Below are positions 27,101 to 40,675 of a DNA stretch of 64,000 bases, piece after piece. Position numbers and translations under genes: made by a program. The stretch comes from Bugula neritina (taxonomy: Eukaryota > Animalia > Bryozoa). Position 1 is the stretch's first letter. Each line of letters starts with the position of its first letter. The DNA is taken from contig OZ037767.1 in assembly GCA_964035545.1 (NCBI GenBank), positions 2,801,680 through 2,865,679 of the forward strand, given 5' to 3'. The notes under the pieces are model-generated. The model did no database searches and was not told the DNA's origin. It saw nothing but the letters and a program-made list of their open reading frames with translations.

Positions 27101-28925
27101 GTTTTCTTATAACAAATTATTACACAAAATCTTTTATTTAAAACGAATGAATGTAATATTTTCAATGAACATTATTCGCAGCATAATTATAATAAAATGG
27201 ATATTATTATTTTTCTGACTATGCTGGCATTCGGAGAGTAATTAGAACGGGTTGGATCGCAAGTTTTTAAATGGAAAATATGGAAATAGTGAGAATATTT
27301 GCACAGTGCTTGATATTTGGTAGTTTGAGCTGCCCGCGTGTCACCATTTAGATGCGACTGCAGTGCGTATCGGTGAACATCGGCAAGTGTCAACAGCTAT
27401 AGCTGAGTTGTGTTAGTGTATGCTAGGCCCTTCACCACCTATAAGTGTTTACCATGAAAATTATGATTTATAGTGTTACCACTTGTGATATTGATAAAGT
27501 GTGTATAGTGTAAGGGCTCTTTGTCAACTCTACATGTCATTGTATACTTGTGTCTAAGTCATTTAGATGTCAGTTCTCCTCATTTACCTCATCTCTCCCC
27601 TCATTTTGTTCCCATTCTCCATCCACCACTTGTCTTCCCCCCGTATTCTACCCCATTCTCAATCCACCACTTCACCATATTCTACCCTCCATTCTCCATC
27701 TACTACTTCTCTCCTCTACAACTTCAAACTTCAACTTTTCAAACTTTATCCAACATTTCAGTTCATTTAATAATTGTAATAATTTTGCATGGAGCATGTT
27801 TAGATAAGATTTCTTTGCTTCCCAAATTGTTGTGTCTCTTCTCATTACACACTGTAGTTGTATGGTGTATGGTTGTACTTGTAGGTGGATATCGAGGGGG
27901 TTACCAAGGTAGTAGAGGAAATTACAGTGGTGGACATCACAGTGGTGGGAGAGGGGGTAGGCAAGGTGGAGGATACCCCAGCAACCAGCAAAGTGGGTAT
28001 CAGGGAGGATATAACAACCAGGGTGAGTACCAAGAACAATATTGGCACTTTTTATACCAGTATGTAGTAATCTGTGTGGTGGTTTAGGAGATAAAGCATC
28101 TTTGTTGATCTTACTTATACAAGTTTTATTTATACATTTATTTATCTATCTATACTGTAATACAAGATGTTATATAATTGTAATATTTTATTCTGATAAC
28201 CTATAATGCATATACTACTACGTACTACATACACGTCTATATACTACACAGCATACTCTGTCTGTACAACGCTGTCAGTGCGTGTAACATGCTGTCTCAA
28301 GGGCTCTTCTCCCCACCTGACTCTCCTTCAACACACTCACTACCCTCTCTCTATCCTCTGCTACAGGTGGATACAACAACCCCCGTCAAATGGGAGCGTA
28401 CAACCCCTTTGGAGGAGGTGGATACAACCCCTACGCTAATAACAGGGGTGGATACCCGTCCTACAGTACAGGAAGTAGAGGGAGGGACAATTCGTATAAT
28501 CCATACGGACGTCGGCCTGCCCCCCAACAGATAAATAACTACCAGCAGTACAGTAATCGGGATTCCAGGGTAAGGAGACCGTCTCTCTGTTTATAAGTGA
28601 ACACACTCTAACTAGCTCCGTCGTGCCTGTTGTTAGTATAATTCACCGGAAGTTGGTTGGCCTAGTGGTGGATAAGGATGTTGGTGTTATGGGGTTCAAA
28701 TCCAACCGCTTGCATGTTATTTTCTCTTGTCAGAAAGTTAAATGTTTAATATCTGTTATTTCAATTTATAGCATATGTTATGTGTTCATACTGTGTATTA
28801 CTGTAGCATATGCTATGTGTTCATACTGTGTATTACTATAGCATATGTTGCATGTCCATACTGTGTATTACTATATAGTTTACTCTGGGTTAATTGTGTA
28901 ATATACTTTTTAGCAAAGACGTTAG
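9129..28925 (+). CDS. XRN2: 5'-3' exoribonuclease 2 (Rat1/XRN2), complete, 25 exons
   Basis: Starts [16 protein letters not shown]. Motifs include [67 protein letters not shown] knuckle [50 protein letters not shown] and [19 protein letters not shown]. Exons approx. 9129-9203, 9952-10082, 10368-10479, 10584-10645, 10841-10952, 11118-11280, 13357-13565, 14069-14194, 14597-14734, 14928-15035, 15283-15327, 15663-15857, 15977-16059, 16479-16601, 17274-17391, 17612-17777, 18111-18292, 18709-18788, 18893-18952, 19348-19416, 20183-20356, 20662-20729, 27885-28022, 28367-28569, 28914-28925 (QRR-stop). Confidence 0.96.
10941..11033 (+). repeat. Short tandem repeat of about 22 bp copying the exon 5 donor junction
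   Basis: tgtataactcca|gtaagttaa is repeated 3-4 times with decay. The first copy is the real donor. Confidence 0.75.
11292..13352. repeat. 22-bp minisatellite, about 93 copies, filling XRN2 intron 6
   Basis: Unit tgctatactctactagtacatg, with internal palindromes tactagta and acatgt. Confidence 0.97.
13930..14060. repeat. Degenerate repeat of about 23 bp before the XRN2 exon 8 acceptor
   Basis: cataataccgtattatacactgc-like unit, about 5 copies. Confidence 0.75.
14319..14597 (+). repeat. 31-bp minisatellite, about 9 copies; the last copy supplies the exon 9 acceptor
   Basis: Unit gggagttatcataccatgtctgtgttgtaga. The real junction is tgttgtag|AGAGTG at 14596/14597. Confidence 0.93.
15343..15626. 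repeat. (ACT)n/(GCT) trinucleotide microsatellite in an XRN2 intron
   Basis: actactact runs. The poly-Thr and poly-Val ORFs here are artefacts. Confidence 0.95.
16072..16220. repeat. 27-bp minisatellite, about 5 copies, directly after a donor
   Basis: Unit gggagttgtgttctcaactgtagcagt. Confidence 0.9.
16626..17147. repeat. 30-bp minisatellite, about 17 copies
   Basis: Unit ctaggtcaatgtatgtagagtactcgctat. Confidence 0.95.
18358..18483. repeat. (ACT)n microsatellite
   Basis: tactactac/tagtag runs. Confidence 0.85.
19470..20182. repeat. 28-bp minisatellite, about 25 copies, running into the exon 21 acceptor
   Basis: Unit cagagttgtctactcactctatctcata. The final degenerate copy ends ctctgtctctag|. 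Confidence 0.95.
28655..28707 (+). mobile_element. Short tRNA-like (Pol III A/B box) SINE head fragment in the last XRN2 intron
   Basis: A box TGGCCTAGTGG (28658-28668) and B box GGTTCAAATCC (28693-28703), with flanking ggttgg/ccaacc complementarity. No full cloverleaf. Confidence 0.45.
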
Positions 28926-29152
28926 TGTCTGGTGTAATGTCCTTCCCCGTGTAAAGGCAGCGTTATAAAGGCAGCATGTATCAGCAGCATATAAAGACAA
29001 TATATAAAGACTTCATGATGCCTTTTTCTTCTAACATTCAGTACACTGTTGTACATATCAAGTTCAACAATGTAATTTATTAAATATGAAATGAAAAGCA
29101 TATTTATAGCTACATGTTGTTGTATAATATGAATTTTTATGATGTTTTTACT

Positions 29153-29376
29153 TGTATATACTCTATAGAAGTATGGCACTGTATATACTCTATAGAAGTA
29201 TGGCACTGTATATACTCTATAGAAGTATGGCACTGTATATACTCTATAGAAGTATGGCACTGTATATACTCTATAGAAGTATGGCACTGTATATACTCTA
29301 TAGAAGTATGGCACTGTATATACTCTATAGAAGTATGGCACTGTATATACTCTATAGAAGTATGGCACTGTATATA
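29153..29376. repeat. Perfect 27-bp minisatellite, about 8 copies, in the probable XRN2 3'UTR
   Basis: Unit tgtatatactctatagaagtatggcac. AATAAA follows at 29388-29393. Confidence 0.95.
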
Positions 29377-32300
29377 AAATGGATGAAAATAAATATTAAG
29401 TTCAAATATGATTTTGATTTTTTTTTAAGAAAAAGCAATAAAACAGCTACACTGTGACAATAGTTATATAGAGTGTTGTTTACTGTGTTTGTTGTTGTTT
29501 TATTGTCCTGACCCCCTCAGGGCTTATTTTGGCTGTCTGTACTACTTCTGAATGTATTTTCTCATAGCAGTCAGTTTACGATGTATAAAAACAGTTCCCA
29601 GTAAATATAGCATGAATAGATACATCATCATGTGTCTATGTTTAGTTAAACCAGTTCTAACTTCTTCAAGTCTTCACTGAATGATGGAAATAAACTGTTC
29701 CTTTTCTACAGCAATAATAGCAGCTACTTCATCGGCTGCTATCTAGTTATTATAGTCTACTGTTGACATGCAATGCTACAGGCTATAGTCACTCTAAATA
29801 TCTCTTCTTCATGGGAAATACGTTTTTGTTATAAAAAATTGAGAGCTGCAATTGAAAATTGTATTAAAAGTGAATAAATGATTCTGGTTCAAGGCACATA
29901 CTGGCAACAGCGATTAGAAAGAGCATAAAATATATATTATCTTTGTGAGAAAGATAGAGACCAGCTGTTGCTATCTTTATAGTACTATAAACTCATCAAA
30001 TACCTGCGTCACACCTCAGGTACTAGAAAGGCTTGTAAGTTTAAAATTTGAGAGGCGAGTATAAATTGAGGCAATAATTTTTTAGTAGAAAATCTGGAGA
30101 TGAAAACATGTTTTCTTGGTTAAAAATTGTTACATAAATGAGCATGAAATACCTACAAGCTCATAATGACATCTGTTTATAAATACAAAAAATAAAAAAA
30201 CCGACTAGCTATAATTGCAAAACTATATTTCTTTTTAATTTTTGCAGCCCTTTTTGATGAGGAATTAACACTTAGTTAAAAGTTTATACTATCTTAATAA
30301 TTTTTAAAAACAATAATTTCCAAAATCTCATGAATTATAAATTTATTGTATTTTATTACTACTTGACAGTTTTCCTTGTTAGATTGATCACAAGACAAAT
30401 TTCCTTCTCCAGACTAAAATTCAAAGCACCTTACACCGCTTGTCTCATTTTATTGCCTAATGATGTCATTTCCCAACAGCCACACGCTATTATTATACGA
30501 CAGAAGATATTTGCTCAAATTGATAGCACAACAGATCAAAACCCGCTGCCTTCAGTCTATTATCTCCCTTGACTCTTATCAACCCAACTCTTTGATACTC
30601 CGAATTTGCTGATAAATTTACAGCTTCTAACTCAAGTATTATAATAAAGTTGTCACAAGTAGCAATAAAGTGTTTTACGATGTCCTTGGCATGACATGAT
30701 GATATTAGACTTTACTAGAAGTGTAGCTCATCTCTAGAGTGTTCCTGTAGATAAGAAGTATCTCTGAATGACACATGAGAGCCTTTCAAGTTTCATATCA
30801 GCCACTACAGACTTGACTTTTTGGTGCAGCTTTTCTTCTCATATGAAGGAACAAAATGCTGTGAAAATTAATTTTCAAACTTATGTTCAAACCGCTCACT
30901 AATGTATGTAGTTGTTTAGAAATATTACAACAAAATTTTGTGAAAATAACAATATCAGTTGTTATTGCTGCTAACAAGCAATCTTCATATTAATAACTGT
31001 AAAGTTTCATATGAAATCAGATAATTATAAAAATATTCATCATGTTTTGACTACTGCTAACTATTGCAGTGTCGTAAGCTAGGTTGATATAAAATAATAT
31101 TTGTTCTACAATGGGAACTGCAAAGCTGTTTGTTATTAAATTTGCTATAAAAGCGTGTTTTTAGCTTATATCTATTTGAGTTATGTCAAAAATAAAGCTT
31201 CATTTAAATGTCTAGTTTTCTCATCGCAATGTTTTATTTTTTTGCTTCTAATGCAACTTAAGCAAATATATATAAATAGTGTCTAAAAACTAAAAAAATA
31301 TGTGTAGTTGATGGAATATGAATATTTCATAAAGCCGACATCAAGTCTAATGCTGCCAATATATGAAGAGCTCTTCAGAAATTGACTAATCGATCTGTTA
31401 GCCTGACATCACGTCATGTAAGAGACAGGTGAATGTCAGATATAGATTCATTAACGGAGCATCTCTAACTGACTGATGCAGTCAACTTCTGACGGATATA
31501 TAATAGAATTTTATTTACTGTCAGAATAGATATGCCACATCATTAGTATACTCTCTCGTTGGCATTTTTCATAGGAATGACATAATGTAATATTATATAG
31601 TATAATATGGTATAATTTAATTAAATCTATTATACTATATTTAGTATGATATTATCTGTAAAGCAAAATTAATGAATGATTCGCTTGGATTTTGGTCATG
31701 AGCTTGTGATTATGCTGCCATTTTTTTCATATCTTGATGCCAATAAAGTTGGAAATTTCATGAACAAAAAAATTCAAACCTCATAGTTTTTGCAAATTCA
31801 TTTGTATTTAAAACAATACATTTTGTCAAGTTAAGGCCTTAAAGTGGTAAACAGTCGGCAAAAGTTATATTATACAATAAGTTTCAAATTAGTATTTGGG
31901 TGCAATGATGGAGGTAGAGAACATGAGAGAGAGAATCTGATTGGTTGTTGAAGAGATAGGGGAGCATGTGGCTGCAGTAGAACTTGATATGATGTCAGAC
32001 GTGAAGAGTAGCTCATCTATTCACACTGAGGCACTTGATGACTCTCTGTGTAAATTTACTCTCTCCCAGCGCATAGCCCCTCCGCCACCTGTCACAAACA
32101 GGAAATCTGCCCACTTTACATTCTTTGTACGACATTATTTTTTTCATTGCTTTTTGAAATAAAATTTGACGCGATGACCATGTGTATGACCACTGAAAAA
32201 ATAAAATAAAATTTTTGTAATGCAGAGCAAAGTTTTAAGGTTTTCAATAAAATTTAAGATATAATCTGGTGGGTCTTCTACTTGTTACAATTATTCACAT

Positions 32301-35300
32301 GGTCTGCAAAATAAAGCTCCGGGAATATTGATGAAACAAATTAGTGATGCAAATCGTTATACTGACACACGTCTGTTATTTGCTAAACAAATTCTACAAA
32401 ATTGAAGAGTTTTTGTGGCAAACACACTGGCACTTAAGTGCTGCCAACATATTTTACCTAGTACAGGTACATTAGGGTGCTCTAAGCTGACTAATTCTCG
32501 TCACGGTGGTATCACCGGTTAGTGACTCTACTCTGTAGTGAATAGATACTAACTAGAACTCGTCTAGTACGCTACTAAGTCTTCTCTAGCACTCTCCGCA
32601 AGGCTTATGTGTTTAGCAAAGCCTCCTTGAATTATGCATATGATGACATATTGTGACAAAGATGTTCCAACACAAATACGCCAGATTATTACTGTATCAA
32701 TAATTTGGGTTCATCAATTGATCATAATATGCTGTCCATTGCAAAAGTTTAAATTATTTTTAGGCATAGCCAATATCAATTTGACATCCAAAACAACTCT
32801 TTGTATACACTTAAGATCTAGAAATTGCGAAGTGATAAGTTGAAAAGGTGGAAGTTTTTCAGGTAGTTTTATTAGTCGTATGATTTGTAAAGATATTTGA
32901 GTTAATTATAAGCTAGCCTTCTTTCCCTGAAACTCTCAAATTATTTTCTTTCTCATAAAGTCAAATTTGTAATTTGAAAATAAATGTTGGAAGCATCTTT
33001 TCGTATTGGTCATCGCACTATTGATCAGTTTAATTAACTAATTTTACCATCTCATATCTATTATAATAACTACACTCTTTCAACCTCACCCTCGATAAAA
33101 ATGGGCAGTTAGATAGAAGAGTTTTGCTGTACAATAGAAAGCTTTTACAAAGCTGAAAATAAATGCCTAAAAAACTTGCAAATGTTGCAACAACAAAATT
33201 AAAACTCCTGGAATATTCTGGTAACTTATAGGACTGGTAAAAAGTTATTGTTGAGTAGGCTATAGTGTTTTATGGAGCTTTCACAAACTTATATATATAT
33301 GATGCAACAGTTCTAATAGATTTCTGTACTTGGACAAAATGTATGTAAATATGTTGTATTTGTTGTAGACACTTTTCCAGGTGAATTTATTTTTCAAAAA
33401 GAATATAACATAAGAGCTGATTATCATTTATTAATCACATTATTTGTTCTAAATAAAGACATATTTTTGTTAATTTACTAATCAGTCTTTAATTGGAAAG
33501 CAAATAATTGGCTAAAGAGCACTTTGAAAGTCATGGAAGCTACTTTATGTAATGTCACAACAAAACCATATTTATTAGGAGTGTCACTCTGCATATATTC
33601 ACTGTAAGAAATGCAGTTGAAAACTTGTTTGAAGCCTACAATGTCAAATTCTTGTTAAATAATCATCAATAATCTTGTCTCCATAAACCATGATCATCAG
33701 CTTTTATGTTCTATTTTCTAAAACTCTTTTCGAAAAAAGCATAGTTATTCTTTTACTTCAATTTTAACTTATAAAAGTTTTAAAGATAAAATAAATTACA
33801 GACATTTCATGGCTGATGCACGACGGCTGTGTTAAAGCATGTCAGTTGTACCATCATATCTTACTAGCCCGATCTATTCCCAATCAAATCGTATTATTTG
33901 AAAACAGAAAGACTTGGCTATGCAACTGTCTAAACATATTGTGCTGTTGGTGCTACATTGTGTCACCTGAAAGAGTTCATCCAAATATTTCTTTGCAGCC
34001 ATAAGAACGAGTGTTTCGAGTGCCACACCGAGTGGTGAGATTTAATGAGTCTGTTGTTATAATGTTTTTATTCCCGAATTTAATCATTTTCAAGTGTAGG
34101 CACTGTTTTGAAATTATTTATTCCCTTGCTTACTAAGTATTAATTATAGAAGTAAATAGTTTAAATTAAATAATATTTGCAAGTAGATAGGTGGGTGTAT
34201 CGCCACCCACACAGGACCACGGCGATGAAAGGTGACCAGATGGGTGTACTGTGCTTGTGTTGTTTACTAAATGAAATTGTCAACTTTTTATTTTAAACTA
34301 GTTTAACTTTATTTTTTAAATAAATCTCCACAAATAAATAAAAAAGATTTTGTGCACTTTTATGAAAAATTGGTGACCAGCAGCAGACAAAACAAAGCTT
34401 AAATCATTTTAGGCTCAGCTACTTAGCATAATATATTTAAATTAACAGAATAACTATCAGTGTGTATGTGCAGTGTGCCGCAAATTATTTTAATATTTTT
34501 AACTTTTTTATAGTATTTTGCTCCCAATAAACAGTAGAACTTTTTTGTTTTATATATGAATTTTTTTTTCATTTATTAAGCCTGGGCTGAGACTGCAAAG
34601 TAATTATATATTATGACTGCTCAACTTTTTCATTTTGTAGTTTGACTTCACCTCAGGGCTACTGTTCTCTTTATTAATCTATATTAAACCATCAAGCAAA
34701 ACAAACGTTAGAAGCTCTAATCGAAGCACAGGAATAAACAAGTGAAGAATGACCACCCAGCAGATGTATTTGAAAGTTGAACAAAAAATATGGAGACTAA
34801 ATTAATTAGATATGCTATTAATATTATACAGTAATGAGTATTAAGGCAATTAGATATACGCTTTGTTAGCTGTACTGGTTTTAGTGTAGCCACACCGCCA
34901 GTCCATTAGATTCCTCCTGCCAACAAACCACATGACAGGCCAAATCGTTTTAAAAAATTAAGATGTTTGAGTGTGAAAGTGATTATTAGTATGATTACGG
35001 TACTAGAAGTTATTGTAAGGACAGGCAGGTTCATTCATAAACAATGGTGTCCACTTTTTATTGATTCCATAACTGTATGCCACCCTGTATCGGCTCTTGT
35101 ATATGTATACAGTATGAATTGCCAGATTTCCGTGTGACTAATTGAATTCAACTCATGAATTGTAACTTTTCAGCAATTAGAAGATTAGCACCAGAATTAC
35201 CATCACCCTTTCAGCTTTAATACTTGAATTTGAGAACAACATTTTGAGTTGCAAAAAAATGAAGAGGTTTTAAGAATGAATAGTACTGATCATTTTTATA

Positions 35301-36383
35301 ATTGCAAATTATTGTGAGGTTAAAATATTATCTAATATCATTATGAGTAACACAGCTCTGTTTTAATTCATCATACTGTGTTTTTTATAGATGCTTTTTT
35401 TTGCAGTTGCAACTTGCATGTTAATGATTTTTATATAACGTAATTCAATGAGTAAATTCATGAAAATTGGAAATATTATTTGAATACATCTGTGGATGTA
35501 TCTTTTTACACCACAATCCTCTAACACTTACTAACTTACAGCAATTGAACCAATCATATACTTCTATGCTTTCATAGCCTAGGAAAGAAAATGTGTCTTA
35601 TGTATGTACTTTGTGTATTGGAATTTTCTCTTCTCTATATTCTATATATAGAATTATATACTGTATGATCTATATTTCATATTGTTTGCAATATTCAAAG
35701 GCCAGCAAAGCAGAGAACTGCTATAACAGCTGAAAACGTTTGATGAAGCTAATAATTTGCAATAGAATAAGAATATTAGAATAAGGAGAGCATATGCTAA
35801 GAGTTATATTTGATAAACAGACATTATCATTCTAAATCTACAACAAGAAGATTTGTTGTTCAGCACAACAATTTACTTTCCCTGTAACATGCGGTCAAAT
35901 AAAAATATATTTTAGGGTGTAAAAGATCTTGAAATTGGCATTAAAATTTAGTTTCTTTTGCCAGCTAATGTGTTCTAGATTCTACACATTTAAAAAACAA
36001 TAAAAGTAAGTCGTTATCGAGGTCTACTGGAATGTATGTCAAAACATCTACTGTTTACTTACACGTTTAGTTGATGTACAAAAAACTAGTATATATGCTA
36101 ATTCAATTTACAGTTTTTGAAAATTGCTTTTTTACAAATATAAACAGCTAAGAGAGAAAACTAAAGCAGTGAAGAAAAATTTACAAAAAGTCAGATGTTA
36201 GTAATAAGTTTCAGTTCGTTGCTAAACAAAAAAAAGTTGGTAACATATAATTGGACAAAATAAATAAAAATATATTTTTGAATATGGATTGTCTTTTGAA
36301 CAATGTGTACAAAATTAAAATTAGAATTATAGATACATAATTTATAAAGATGGCCTAAATACATATACAGAATGTAAGTGAGT

Positions 36384-39300
36384 TTACCAACATGGTCTGT
36401 TGCTCATAAGGGGTGCATAACTCCCTAGTCCATTTGGTATGTTTGGGTAGCCTAATGGTTGATGGTGTATATGATTATCTAGCCCTGGTGCTGCAACACC
36501 ATGATTGTCTATTGAGGTTGGCATAGACAGCCCTCCAACAGTACCCACAGATAAAGAGGTTATTGGACCTACATTGCTATTATCACCCAGCTGCTTGCTC
36601 ATGTTCTCCGATAGTGGTTCATTTCCGCTAGTTGGTTTACCGTCTTTGACTAAAACTGGCACAGCTACGCGCCGAGGTTCATTCTGATGTTGCTGATTTT
36701 GTAAAGAGCTCTTTGTGACGGAATCTTCGTCATCTGAGGGTACGGGGCTTTGCTCACTCGTAGCGTCATCATTTCCTCCTTTCTCTTTGTCCTTTTGAGC
36801 TCGCTTACATTTGTATCTATGATTTTGAAACCAGATCTTCACCTGAGTTGGAGTCAAGTTTATCACCTGAGCTAAATGCTCTCTTTCAGGTGCTGAGAGA
36901 TATTTTTGCTGCTTAAATCGTCGTTCGAGTTCGTAAACTTGCTGCTGTGAGAAGAGAACTCGTCGTTTGCGTCGCTGTGACATGGGAAGGTGCATACTCG
37001 AGTGTTTATCATATCCACCCAGGCCGTGCATTGCATTCATAGAACTTGATATCCCCATTTGACTCATGGACGTCATTGAACAATTGGTAGGTCCCATTAA
37101 CCTTGAAACTGAAAAATATAACCAACAATATTACAGTAAAATATTGAACTATATAACAAATAATATTGCAGTAAAATATTGAACTATATAACCAATAATA
37201 TTACAGTAAAATATTGAAGTATATAACCAATAATATTATTGTAAAATATTATAAACAATAACATCATAATAAAATATTATTGTGATATTAGTGTTATGGT
37301 ATAATAATGACAACAATTATTACAACAATAATGTTGTAATAAGAGAGTGTACTACCAGCATTGTAACTTAAGACAGACAGCTGGGTTTATTATATATATA
37401 TTCTAGCAATCTTCATGTATTTCAAGCCTTCTATAATTTCTATATTCTATAGCAATCTGCAGCTGTCTCATTGTCCTGCACTCTATTCTAACTTATTGTT
37501 GATCATAAAACTACACCTTCACTTGCCGAGTTTAATTGATTTCCAACATTTCAACATATGCAAGCAGCTCAAAATTGCATATATATATTATATTTTAAAT
37601 ATCATACTTTATATATTTTAAAAACATTTCAGTGCAACTGTGTAAATACAAAATAAATATACTTATTGCTAATATTTTTTCTAAACCAACATAAGATATT
37701 TGTCAGGAAAAAGAATGCAGCTACTACAGCTTATAATAAATATTTATTTTTTACAATTTTGTTGCAATAATTGCAAATCTAATAATATAAGCATAGCTAT
37801 TGACTATTGACTGTTATAGGTATGCTAAAAATATTTCATATACGAAAATAATCAGTTTGCATGGTAAACCTGTGTGTTTTTTATTAAAATTTTAGAAAAT
37901 ACAAATTTTTAAAGTTTTATGTATTAAATCAATTTAAAAAATTTAAACAAGTCAATAAATTTTACTAGTTATTGAAATGATATTTTAAACATAACTTGCT
38001 ACAACAAAGAATTATTTTAAAACTATTAGAATGTCAATATTATCCCATTATAATGGTTAATTGATTAGTTTTTCTTGAACTATCTATAATATTAGAACCG
38101 TATTATACCTGATTGAAGTGAATCAAATATCAATGAATTTAAATTTTGATGCAAAATTTTAAGGAATTTTATAAATTATGGCAATAAAATATGTTTTATA
38201 CAGCAGGTTCCATTGCTACTACAGTAAATAGGAAACATTGCTGCTACAGAAGAAGTTTATAGTATGTAGAGAGCAGAAAAGATGATGTCATACTTTAAGA
38301 AATGTTTATGATTTTTCACTGATAAGTAAAGTCTTTGATCCTCAACGACATAGACTATGCTCTAGCAATAAAATTAAAGCTCATAGTACAAGTACATGAG
38401 CAATGGCACCATTTGAAGCACCAACTCTGTAGTCAAGCGCCATAGAATCAAAAGCGAGTATTTTTATCTGAGTTTGTTATATTTAGTGTATGAGAGAAGT
38501 AGAAGATAATAATAAACTCAATAAAGGTAAAAGATTTATAAATAAAAAAGTATTTTAAAGTCATAAGTAAAATATGGCTCTATTCAACGCAAGCCAAGAT
38601 AATTCTAACATGTACAGTTTGTAAATGGTTAGTATTTATACTTGTTTAAATCAAGAAAAATTCCCTCATCAGACTATATTTGCAGTTTCTTCATTTTCTT
38701 GTTATATCTAGATGGGAAAGATAATTTTAAGCCAATTACCAATCCGTGCACTAAAGTTAGGCGACAAAGTTGCACATTCTAGCAGCCGTATTTTTCATCC
38801 TTTTTGTTTGAATGCACTTAATTACTAATTTTTTGTTTAAAAAGTTTGAGGGGTGATAAAAGGGGCTCAGATAATAAAACAAAGAACCTAGGCTATGTTT
38901 ACAGTAGTAGTCGGGAGATGATAGTTTATCTTAGCTGTCGTTCGTGGCACACTGTTTACTTTTATGATAAAACTCTAACATTAGCAAATTCTTAATAATT
39001 CCACAGAGCAGTTGTAGTAATTTCAAAACAAATACCTGAATATTTTTAATATCTACAACTCAACTATAATCCTATATTCGGCTTAACACAAGCTGGCAGT
39101 CGGCTAAAACATTTTGGTGAATGAACATTATTCGTATAGAAATTTGAACTGAGTTGGGTATATAATATCTGTACACTTTAATTCCCTTAATACCTGAGAG
39201 AATGACATGGGTTACTCCCTGACACGCATTGAGGTGTTTGTGTGTCAATTTGTTTGCTCCAATTCATTCAAAAGACGCATATTTAAATTGCTTATTCACA

Positions 39301-40649
39301 ATTTTTTTCTGTATATCCAAAGTGAAACCCAACATTTGGCAGTGTATATAAATGTTATTTACTTTTGGCTTTTTTGTCAATTGATATAGTTCAAACAGTT
39401 ATTGTTTCGTTTCTCTAACATATCCCAATGATGTAACATATACCAGCTCAAACTGTTCAGTTTACTAGGCATACTGATAGTAGAAAGTCTAAAATTACAA
39501 CTGTTCAAATAGAATATCATGAGAGATGCCACCTCTACCAGCTTAGCTACGAGTGGGAAGATTCCTTATGAATTGTACACTAAAGTTTTGTTGTGAAAAT
39601 GTTACAATGTTTGAGTGTCTTTGACATCTCATGGTGTCACGGCTAAGCAATCCTATTTTCTATATCAGTGCCAATTATTAATGATAAATTGAATTAATTC
39701 AATTGTAATGCGGCAGACATATGGAATATTGCTCGACTAACTTATTTAGTCAGTTTTTACACACACTTTTAGTATAGAAGGTGTTCTACTGTACAAGTGC
39801 CAGGGTTAAAAATTATATATGTGGGTAAATGATGGAGTTAATCAGCCTGCCACCTAAACAACATAGAAAGAGATGTGGTTAGATGGAGGTTTGTCGTTAG
39901 GGGACTCTTGACTAACCAATAGCTAAGTCATTAGTGTACAATCACCTTATATCTCAGTCTATGACACTTTGGTTAGCTGCTCAATTTCTTAATTACACAA
40001 ATTTCAAGTTGACACGACTTTTCAAAAGATCTCCATAATTCCCACTTAACTGCCCAATCCTTACATTTCCTTGTTCACAAACCAGTTGCATAGAGTGTTT
40101 AAATCTGATTGAAACTGATGAAAATTATTTTTACTTTAACAACTTAAAACTAAAGAACCTTACTAGATTATAATACGCTAACCTGCTACAGACAACATAA
40201 CGGTGTTTTGACTTACGTGCGTATTCGTTGAACCGGCTGGCGGGATCGGCAGCGGCTGCCGGGCCATACCATGAGTTTCCTGCGTGTCTGGACGTGTCGT
40301 AGGCATGAGTCAGTTCTGAACTGTATTGAGTTCCAAAGCCGGGTGAGGCGTGACTCAGCTGGGGCATGTAGTTAGGGTAACCTGCGGGAGTCATACCCAT
40401 GGAGTTCATGTTCTCTGTCTGAGATTTCCTGCTAGTAGAGTACGCGGAGTAGTTGCTAGCCGCAGCCACTGCAGCTGCATTCAGCGCCGTATCAAGTGCA
40501 GCAGAGAGTGAAGAGCCCTTGTCCGCCCAGGAAGAGGGCTTGTAAGTATCTGAGAGGGTGTGAGAGCTAGCGGACGGCTTATAGGAAAAGGCGCTGGCCC
40601 CGTAGCACTCAGTAGCAGCAGCTATACCTCCTCCTTCGCAACTAATCAT
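36384..40649 (-). CDS. NKX2-1: NK2.1 (NKX2-1/scarecrow class) homeobox transcription factor, 2 exons
   Basis: Exon 1 40649-40217 (C|gtaagt) and exon 2 37108-36384 join in frame as [16 protein letters not shown]. Homeodomain [58 protein letters not shown] has the NK2-diagnostic Tyr54. NK2-specific domain [15 protein letters not shown] and C-terminal Trp are present. The start codon is the first in-frame ATG and is not proven. Confidence 0.93.
37115..37255. repeat. AT-rich tandem repeat of about 33 bp, about 4 copies, next to the NK2.1 acceptor
   Basis: tataaccaataatattacagtaaaatattgaac-like unit. Confidence 0.8.
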
Positions 40650-40675
40650 AATACAAATAGAGCGCAGCGTGTGTG

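Noticed and set aside
28570-28596. XRN2 ending VRRPSLCL* as in the ORF track
   Set aside because: A strong AGG|gtaagg donor at 28569 and an in-frame acceptor at 28914 favour a further terminal exon.
28655-28707. Functional tRNA gene
   Set aside because: Only A and B boxes are present. It is too short and has no anticodon arm.
28922-29457. Repetitive ORFs on both strands
   Set aside because: Translations of the 27-bp array.
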